Below, piece by piece: positions 25,685-31,681 of a stretch of 31,681 bases of DNA (position 1 is its first letter; each line of letters starts with the position of its first letter). The stretch comes from Candidatus Iainarchaeum sp. (GTDB lineage: Archaea; Iainarchaeota; Iainarchaeia; Iainarchaeales; DTGL01), in NCBI GenBank assembly GCA_038736825.1, contig JAVYME010000008.1, positions 1 through 31,681 of the forward strand. Direction: 5' to 3'. Both the position numbers and the translations under genes were made by a program. The notes under the pieces are model-generated. The model was not told the origin of the DNA. It searched no databases and worked only from the letters and a program-made list of their open reading frames with translations.

Positions 25685-26287
25685 ATGGCAAAATTTAAAA
25701 AAAAGCATTGGCTTGCTTTTATGGTTTTATTTTCATTAATTTTTATTATTTTCTTGGTTTTGTTTTTAAAAGAACTGTTGTTCATTGATTCAAATCCAGT
25801 TATTAAAAAAGAAGCCGCGATTATGCCAATAAAAAGCGAATCAATGGAAAAAGATTTTTTGGGAGTTAGCGTTTTCAATGCTTTATCAAAAAACAATATT
25901 AAAAACTGCGGGGATTTTAACGAATGCAGGCGTCTTTTCCTTTTGGCTGAAAAAGAATGCACTGGCAACATTAACGAGAAAATCTTTTGCTTGGCAGTAA
26001 TTGACGAAAATTTGAATTATTGCAAGTGGATTGATTTGAAATGGTATGCTATTACTTGCACTGCTTTTTTGGAAAAAAACATTGGCAAGTGCATGGAAAT
26101 AAGAGATGCCTTTGAGATAGCTCCTTGTATTAAGGACTTTGTTTTAAACAATGAGGACGCTAACTGTGGTGTGCTTTCAAGCGACTGGGAAAAAGCCTGT
26201 GAAGCCTTCAAAAACAAAAGCAGGGCAAAATGTGACATGATTGATAGTGGCACCATCAAGAAGGCATGCATTACATTTTTGGAATAA
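25685..26287 (+). CDS. Membrane-anchored or exported protein with 12 periodically spaced cysteines (candidate maturation substrate)
   Basis: The ATG immediately follows the stop of the preceding gene (TAAATG). The N-terminus is MAKFKKKHWLAFMVLFSLIFIIFLVLFL. Cys lie at residues 75, 81, 92, 102, 113, 125, 136, 148, 161, 172, 183 and 195. No catalytic motif recognised. Confidence 0.65.
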   Translation: MAKFKKKHWLAFMVLFSLIFIIFLVLFLKELLFIDSNPVIKKEAAIMPIKSESMEKDFLGVSVFNALSKNNIKNCGDFNECRRLFLLAEKECTGNINEKIFCLAVIDENLNYCKWIDLKWYAITCTAFLEKNIGKCMEIRDAFEIAPCIKDFVLNNEDANCGVLSSDWEKACEAFKNKSRAKCDMIDSGTIKKACITFLE

Positions 26288-26293
26288 GGGTGT

Positions 26294-27190
26294 TTGCATT
26301 TGCAAGAGCACTTAAATTTTTACACTTTAGTTTTGGGGCATCACTGCAACAATAATTGCATTTTTTGCACTCGTCCGAGTGATCCTTCTATAAAAAGTGT
26401 TTGGGGTTTTGTTGAAGAAAAATCCTTTGCCACGGTTTTTCGAGAAATTGCGAGTGCAAGGAAAAGGTTTGACTCAATAGTGCTTTCTGGCGGCGAACCA
26501 ACAACAAGAAGGGATTTTTTCAAAATCCTGCAAGCATGCTGTTCCCTTGGTTTTGAAAGAATTTCAGTGCAATCTAATGCAAGAAAATTTTCTTCAATGG
26601 GTTTTGCAGAAAAAACCTTGTCAATTTTGGGTTCTCGAAGTGACTTTTATATTTCATTTCACGCTAAAAGGGAAAAATTGTTCAACAAGCTAAGGGGCAC
26701 AAACTCATTTAAAGAGTCCTTGAGTGGAATAAAAAACCTGTTATTGCTGAAAGCACCAGTGCGCATCAACATTGTTGTTATGAAGCCAAATTATCGCGAT
26801 TTGCCAGAAACAGTGCGCTTTTTGGACTCTTTGGGGGTAAAGGCAGTGGAGTTTTCTTTTGTGCACCCCAATGGCAGAGCATTTGCCAACAGGGAAACAG
26901 TGGTTCCCCAAATAGAAAAAGTAATTCCCTTTGTTGAAAGAGCAGGCGAGTTTTTAGAGAAAAAACAAGTATTTTTTTCCTTGAACGATTTTCCATTATG
27001 TTCGCTGAATAAATGCAGGAAAAATGCTTCTGAACTTTTTTTGAATGAAAAACTGGCATTTCAGAGCCCAAAAATAAGTTTTAAGGCAAAAGAGTGCCAA
27101 AAATGCCTTTATTTTGACAAATGTCCGGGCATTTGGGCTAATTATCTAAAAATTTTCAAATTTCATTTTTCTCCAATAACCAAACTTTGA
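26294..27190 (+). CDS. Radical SAM enzyme, ~300-aa class, paralogue B (most divergent)
   Basis: HHCNNNCIFC (CX3CX2C), SGGEPTTRRDF and QSNARKF. C-terminal Cys are at PLCSLNKC and ECQKCLYFDKCPG. There is no ATG near the 5' end, so a TTG start at 26294 is assumed and the exact start is uncertain. Confidence 0.8.
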   Translation: MHLQEHLNFYTLVLGHHCNNNCIFCTRPSDPSIKSVWGFVEEKSFATVFREIASARKRFDSIVLSGGEPTTRRDFFKILQACCSLGFERISVQSNARKFSSMGFAEKTLSILGSRSDFYISFHAKREKLFNKLRGTNSFKESLSGIKNLLLLKAPVRINIVVMKPNYRDLPETVRFLDSLGVKAVEFSFVHPNGRAFANRETVVPQIEKVIPFVERAGEFLEKKQVFFSLNDFPLCSLNKCRKNASELFLNEKLAFQSPKISFKAKECQKCLYFDKCPGIWANYLKIFKFHFSPITKL

Positions 27191-27241
27191 TAAACTGTCC
27201 AATATTTAATTTTTTGGAATATATTTTCCTTTTTAGAACGG

Positions 27242-28717
27242 GTGTTTTTTTTGGCTAAAAGCTTTTTTGGCTCAACTGCAACTGAAGAGCAATATGTTGC
27301 AAATTTTTATCACGTAAAAAAATTTGGCGAAGATGCATTCCTTGTAACCACTGAGCATGGCTCTTGGGCTCTTCTTTCAAAGAAAGAATTCGAATTGCTA
27401 AGGCTTGGCAGAGTGCAAGCAAACCCAGCCTTGTTTGAAGAACTAAAAAAACAAGGCATTATTTTGACAACTGAAAATATTGAAAATGTCATATCTGATT
27501 ACAGGCAAAAAAAGTCTTTTTTGTTTAGACCGCCATCGCTTCACATAATCACGCCCACCCTGCGGTGCAACCTCAAATGCATTTACTGCCATTCCAGGGT
27601 GTGCGCTGACCAAGAAAAAGGCTATGACATGGACAAAGAAACAGCAAAAAAAACAGTGGATTTCATAATGCAAACTCCCTTGAATGAATTGAAAATAGAG
27701 TTTCAAGGTGGGGATTTTTTGTTGAATTTTGAAATAACAGAATTCATTATAGATTATGCTTTGGAAAAAGCCAAAGAAAAAGGAAAAAAAGTCAATTTTG
27801 CAATGGTTTCAAACCTTACTTTAATGAATGAAAAAATCCTTGAAAGCTTGAGCAAGAGAAAGATTATGGGTTTGGCAACATCGCTTGACGGTCCCAAAAA
27901 AGTGCACGACCTCAACCGAAGGCATTTGGGAGGAAAAGGCTCTTATGAAGATACTGTTTACTGGATCAAGAGGATTAAAAGCGAGTGGAAGTACAAGTTC
28001 AACCTTAACGCCCTTTGCACAGTCACAAGGCATTCTTTTGGTCATGAAAAAGAGATAGTGGACGAATACATTAGCTTGGGCTTTGCGGGTGTTTGGATGC
28101 GGCCTCTTAACAATATCGGTTTTGCCGCAGATGCTTGGCAGAAAATTGGTTATTCTCCTAGAGAGTTTTTTTCCTTTTGGAAAAAATCCTTTGAATACAT
28201 TCTTGAAAAAAACCGTGCTGGGGAAAACCTGATAGACTATTTTGCCCTGATTTTCTTGAAAAAAATACTTCAAAAAGAAGACCCGCACATGGTGGACATA
28301 ATGTCGCCTTGTGGTGCTGGAATAAGCCAGTTATTGTATAAGTACAATGGTGATATTCACACTTGCGATGAAGGCAAAATTTTTTCTGAATTCAAGCTTG
28401 GCAATGTAAGAGAGTCCAAATACGAGGACATTTTCAGAAACGAAACCCTTATTCCAATGATTGACATTTCCAGCAAAAAAAACTATCTTTGCGATAACTG
28501 TGCTTGGGACCCATATTGTGGGGTTTGCCCGATTTATTCTTATGCAGCACAGGGTTCAATTGTTTCTATTCTCCCGCTTGATGACCGATGCAAGGTTTAT
28601 GGAAAAATCATAGAAGAAATTTTTAGAAAAATCCTTTTTTCTGAAGAGGATCGCCAGGTAATGCTTGGCTGGCTTGAAAGCGAAAGGCTTTTCAAAAAGG
28701 AGCCGGAAAGTGCTTGA
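27242..28717 (+). CDS. Radical SAM/SPASM-domain maturase with a ~100-aa N-terminal extension (anSME/HxsB-like architecture)
   Basis: LRCNLKCIYCH (CX3CX2C) is preceded by FYHVKKFGEDAFLVTTEHGSWALLSKKEFELLRLG...LFEELKKQGIIL...SLHIITPT. The SPASM Cys pattern is PCGAGISQLLYKYNGDIHTC ... CDNCAWDPYCGVC ... DDRC. A GTG start is assumed. Confidence 0.85.
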   Translation: MFFLAKSFFGSTATEEQYVANFYHVKKFGEDAFLVTTEHGSWALLSKKEFELLRLGRVQANPALFEELKKQGIILTTENIENVISDYRQKKSFLFRPPSLHIITPTLRCNLKCIYCHSRVCADQEKGYDMDKETAKKTVDFIMQTPLNELKIEFQGGDFLLNFEITEFIIDYALEKAKEKGKKVNFAMVSNLTLMNEKILESLSKRKIMGLATSLDGPKKVHDLNRRHLGGKGSYEDTVYWIKRIKSEWKYKFNLNALCTVTRHSFGHEKEIVDEYISLGFAGVWMRPLNNIGFAADAWQKIGYSPREFFSFWKKSFEYILEKNRAGENLIDYFALIFLKKILQKEDPHMVDIMSPCGAGISQLLYKYNGDIHTCDEGKIFSEFKLGNVRESKYEDIFRNETLIPMIDISSKKNYLCDNCAWDPYCGVCPIYSYAAQGSIVSILPLDDRCKVYGKIIEEIFRKILFSEEDRQVMLGWLESERLFKKEPESA

Positions 28718-28719
28718 AA

Positions 28720-29766
28720 ATGCTCGCTTTTTTCCTTTTTCCTGCTTTCCTGATTGGCTTGATTGCATCAATAGAGGACTTCAAGCAGGGCATTATAAGA
28801 AATCTTTATGTTTTAACCCTTTTGATTTTGGGAATCACATTCCAGTTTTTGTCAGGGGCTGATTTTTTTATTCTAGCTCCAGTTCTGGCTTCCGCTTTTG
28901 TGGTTTCCTTTGCTTTTTGGCTTTCTGGATTATGGCCTGCAGGTGATGCAAAGCTTTTCTGGGCATATTTTTTCTTTTTTCCTCAAACCTTTTTTTTGGA
29001 AAAAGAGCTGGTTTTGGCTTTCCTTTCCAACATTTTTGTTCCAATTTTTTTCTTTATGTTTTTTGTAGTATTATGCAAGAGCCGCCTTGGAGTGATCAAA
29101 GAAGCCTTAAAGTATTCTCTTGACCCTTACCGGCTTTTCATGCTTGCAGTAATGCTTTTGGGTTTTGTCTGGATTGTCATGCTGCCCTTAGCGTTTTTCA
29201 GGATTGAAACTGGCTTGCTTGGCACGCTTGCAGTATTGCTTTTAGCCTTCGAGTTGCTTAAACGGTTTTGGACATTTAAAACCGAGACCTTTTTCATTCT
29301 CTGCGCTTTTGCCAGAGTCTTGCTTTTTCCAGCAGAAATTTATTCAATTCCATTTGCCATAAATTTTTTGAAAACACTGGCGGTTTTTGTCTTTTTCAGG
29401 TTTTTCATTTTGTATTTGGCTTTCAAGCTTTACGCTTCAAAAGTTCTCATAAAAAACCTCAAGGAGGGGATGATTCCAGCCGAAGGAATCAAAAAACAAG
29501 GCAAAAAATTTGTAAAAGAGTCTTTTTTGAATTCTGGCTTTATTTCATTCGTTTCAAGTGAAAAAAAGCGCTTTGAGCATAGCAAAAACTGCCTTTCAAA
29601 AAAAGACATTGCAAAACTGCAACGCCTTGAAAAGCGTGGCTTGCTGGAATTCGATTCGCTTTTGGTGCACCAAACACAACCTTTCGGGTTCTTCATTTTA
29701 TTAGGTTTCCTGTTAACTCTGCTTTTTCAGGGCAAGAATTTTTTGCTTGCAAACCCGCTTTTTTAA
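28720..29766 (+). CDS. Second A24-family aspartyl membrane peptidase paralogue, embedded in the radical-SAM operon
   Basis: Asp1 context is ASIEDFKQGIIRN and Asp2 context is LWPAGDAKLFWAY, a GxGD variant. The C-terminal architecture parallels the 1589-2413 protein (LKEGMIPAEGI ... LLVHQTQPFGFFILLGFLL versus LEEDEIIAKEFL ... PVYRSLPPFAPFLLFGVIV). The ATG at 28720 lies 2 nt after the upstream stop. The ORF-track TTG at 28714 is the alternative start. Confidence 0.7.
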   Translation: MLAFFLFPAFLIGLIASIEDFKQGIIRNLYVLTLLILGITFQFLSGADFFILAPVLASAFVVSFAFWLSGLWPAGDAKLFWAYFFFFPQTFFLEKELVLAFLSNIFVPIFFFMFFVVLCKSRLGVIKEALKYSLDPYRLFMLAVMLLGFVWIVMLPLAFFRIETGLLGTLAVLLLAFELLKRFWTFKTETFFILCAFARVLLFPAEIYSIPFAINFLKTLAVFVFFRFFILYLAFKLYASKVLIKNLKEGMIPAEGIKKQGKKFVKESFLNSGFISFVSSEKKRFEHSKNCLSKKDIAKLQRLEKRGLLEFDSLLVHQTQPFGFFILLGFLLTLLFQGKNFLLANPLF

Positions 29767-29792
29767 ATTAGTTTCCCAGTTTAATTTCCCTT

Positions 29793-30713
29793 ATGATCAA
29801 AGTATTGAAGACCGGGATTTTGCTGGGCTATCGTTGCAACAACAACTGCCGGTTTTGCTATTGTGCTGACAAAAAAGGCGTTATTGCCCCCATGAAAACA
29901 GAAGAGGTGAAAAAACAGATTTTGGCTGGAAGAAACCGCGGCTCCAATTTTGTGGATTTCTTGGGAGGCGAACCCACGCTGAGAGCAGATTTACCAGAAC
30001 TAGTTGAATTTGCAAAAAGAGTTGGCTTTGAACAAATTGGCATTACAACCAATGGCAGGGTTCTTTCCAAAAAAGATTACACCAAACAACTTCTTGATTC
30101 TGGCTTAAACCACGTGATTTTTTCACTTCACGGTCATAATGCCGAGCTTCATGATTATTTAACGCGGTCACCAAATTCTTTTGTGCAAGCAACAAAAGGC
30201 ATCAAAAACGTGAAGGAATTGAACCCAAAAGCCTATGTTTGCATTAACACTGTTTTGTTGAAGCAAAACCTAAAAGTTTTGCCGGAAATCGTAAGGCTTG
30301 CCTTTGAACTCAAAGCCAATGGCATGGAATTGATTTTTCCCCATCCAAGAGGCAATGCTTGGCATAATTTTGAAGAAATGGTGCCAAACCTTGAAGAATT
30401 AATCGGGCCATTGCATGAAGCCCTGCATTTAGGGCATTCGCTTGGCATCAAGCACTGTTTTGCAAGATATGTGCCTTTTTGCTATATGTACGGCGACCTG
30501 GCATTCATAAGCGAATTTTTTTCCAAGGATTTTTTTGCAGAGCACCATATTGCTCCAGAATACCAAGACCTAGAAGTTGCAAAAAACCGTGCCGCTTATG
30601 GGCGAGTGAAAGGACCACAGTGCTCTGCATGCAAATACTTCAAGGAATGCGAAGGCATATTCAAAGAATACGCGCTCAAAAGGGGCTTTTCAGAGCTAGT
30701 GCCTGTGCCCTAA
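29793..30713 (+). CDS. Radical SAM enzyme, ~300-aa class, paralogue C
   Basis: YRCNNNCRFC, GGEPTLRADLPELVEFAKRVGF, TTNGRVL and YLTRSPNSFVQATKGIKNV (compare FLTRSPGSFTQTIQGIKNL in paralogue A). C-terminal Cys are at VPFCYMYG and GPQCSACKYFKECEG. Confidence 0.85.
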   Translation: MIKVLKTGILLGYRCNNNCRFCYCADKKGVIAPMKTEEVKKQILAGRNRGSNFVDFLGGEPTLRADLPELVEFAKRVGFEQIGITTNGRVLSKKDYTKQLLDSGLNHVIFSLHGHNAELHDYLTRSPNSFVQATKGIKNVKELNPKAYVCINTVLLKQNLKVLPEIVRLAFELKANGMELIFPHPRGNAWHNFEEMVPNLEELIGPLHEALHLGHSLGIKHCFARYVPFCYMYGDLAFISEFFSKDFFAEHHIAPEYQDLEVAKNRAAYGRVKGPQCSACKYFKECEGIFKEYALKRGFSELVPVP

Positions 30714-31681
30714 TTCTGATTTCTTGAAGTTTATTGTAGAGCACTCGCCTATTTCAAGAAAAACTGCTTTTTTTACTTCGTACTTTTCTGCTTCCAAGGC
30801 AAGTTCTTTTCGAGCTTTTTTTATTGCGTCTTTTTTGGAAAAAGCTGAAATATGGCCGAGCACTTCATAGTGTTCTTGGCTTTTATAAACCGCCAAAAAA
30901 TCTTTAATCCTGCTTTTGATTTTTTCCTTTTTTTCTGGCAGTCTTTCAAACAAGCGCCAGCATTGTGGGTCTGGCGCAAAAGGTGTTCCAAAGTATCCAA
31001 AGGAAAGGCATTTTGCGCCACCCTTACACTCTTGAAAGAAAAAGCATTTTTTGCAAATTTCTGAAGCATTTTGATGGCTGCGGAGCTTTTTTAGTTCCAT
31101 TGAATTGTTGAATATTTCCAAAAGGCTTTTTTTCAATACATTGCCTGCAAGAATTGGCAGTTTCCTGCAAGGATAAATGTTGCCGTTTGGAAGCACTGTT
31201 AGGGAGCCAAAACCAGCAGAGCAACCAACTGCCATATAATGTGGGTTTTGTGAAAGAATGCCATCCTCGCAACCCAAAAAGATTGCCATTTGCCCTTTGC
31301 CTCTTTTTTGTGATTCAGTGAAAACAAATTCGTAGAGCTTTTTTGTTTCTAAGGGATCAAGCATTTTTTCTTTGATTTGCAGGCCTCTGCCTGCAGGCAC
31401 AAACCTTCTCACACCCAATGCTTTTGCTCCAATGGAATCACAAAATTTAACCATTTCTGGAACATCACGCCAATTAGCCCTATTCACAGTCATTGAAACA
31501 ATGAATGGAATTCCTTCTTTTGCCAGAAAATCCATCCCCTGAACCGCTTTGCTGAAAGAGCCTTCTCCCCTCAAAAAATCATTGGCTTTTTGCATTCCAT
31601 CAAGGCTCACTTGAACATAATCCGGCTTTATTTTTTTCAGCTGTTCAGCCTCTTTTTTTCCAATCAATGTTCCGTTTGTTG
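30696..31681 (-). CDS. Radical SAM/SPASM-domain protein, 5'-truncated by the window edge, with a ~70-aa helical C-terminal tail
   Basis: The frame stays open to the window end (..TNGTLIGKKEAEQLKKIKPDYVQVSLDG, a typical rSAM core block), so the CX3CX2C region lies outside the window. The SPASM pattern is GCSAGFGSLTVLPNGNIYPC ... CKKCFFFQECKGGAKC ... DPQC. Its 3' end overlaps the convergent rSAM-C gene by 18 nt. Confidence 0.8.
   Translation of the reverse strand, partial: TNGTLIGKKEAEQLKKIKPDYVQVSLDGMQKANDFLRGEGSFSKAVQGMDFLAKEGIPFIVSMTVNRANWRDVPEMVKFCDSIGAKALGVRRFVPAGRGLQIKEKMLDPLETKKLYEFVFTESQKRGKGQMAIFLGCEDGILSQNPHYMAVGCSAGFGSLTVLPNGNIYPCRKLPILAGNVLKKSLLEIFNNSMELKKLRSHQNASEICKKCFFFQECKGGAKCLSFGYFGTPFAPDPQCWRLFERLPEKKEKIKSRIKDFLAVYKSQEHYEVLGHISAFSKKDAIKKARKELALEAEKYEVKKAVFLEIGECSTINFKKSELGHRH

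Noticed and set aside
25408-25971. 187-aa minus-strand ORF crossing the rSAM-A / Cys-repeat gene junction (similarly 27821-28288, 155 aa, inside the SPASM gene)
   Set aside because: It is antisense to genes with clear radical-SAM motifs. The composition is low-complexity and no motifs are present.
27242-28717. A canonical His-Xaa-Ser (Hxs) system
   Set aside because: Only the HxsB-like enzyme architecture is present. I found no HxS-repeat ORF and no HxsD-like gene in any frame of the window.
24749-30713. Reading the three ~300-aa rSAMs as MoaA (molybdopterin synthesis) or as prokaryotic viperins (antiviral)
   Set aside because: The GGEPT.R.DL block is MoaA-like, but the C-terminal cluster is CxxCx5C rather than the MoaA pattern, and no moaB/C/D/E or moeA genes are nearby. 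The viperin-type CNYxCxYC context and its usual kinase or nucleotide partners are absent. I cannot exclude distant relationships without HMM searches.
1-31681. CRISPR arrays, rRNA genes, C/D-box sRNAs, IS elements
   Set aside because: No regularly spaced direct repeats were seen in non-coding DNA. The only tandem repeats are in-frame coding repeats of the giant gene. RUGAUGA/CUGA pairs occur only inside CDSs or tRNA. No transposase-like ORFs are present.

Overview
AT-rich, tightly packed archaeal chromosome segment. The archaeal hallmarks are SRP54, archaeal-type DnaG, Hjc resolvase, Pth2 and RNase P Rpp21. A small-genome, DPANN-like lineage is my inference only. The window falls into three zones.

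(i) 1-11.2 kb is housekeeping: srp54, an A24 prepilin/preflagellin-type peptidase, Rpp21, Nudix, GNAT, tmk, dnaG, a DUF167 protein, hjc, pth2, three tRNAs (Gly-UCC, Gly-GCC, Val-UAC) and several small membrane proteins.

(ii) 11.3-24.7 kb is a cell-surface island. It holds a membrane/coiled-coil protein, a secreted protein with two DUF2341-like modules, and a divergent winged-helix regulator. It also holds a 2,492-aa secreted giant built from 8 LamG (concanavalin-A-like) modules, three of which are interrupted by nested foreign domains, and a translationally coupled Ig-like/DUF2341 protein.

(iii) 24.3-31.7 kb is the most unusual part. Five radical-SAM genes are packed together: three ~300-aa CNNNCxxC paralogues and two SPASM-type enzymes. 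With them sit a 200-aa membrane-anchored protein carrying 12 periodically spaced cysteines and a second, divergent A24 aspartyl peptidase. A divergent small exported Cys protein shares a palindromic TATA box with the operon. I read this as a candidate undescribed protein/peptide maturation system.

I saw no CRISPR array, transposase, integrase or rRNA. All family calls come from motifs read by eye in the translations and need HMM or BLAST confirmation.
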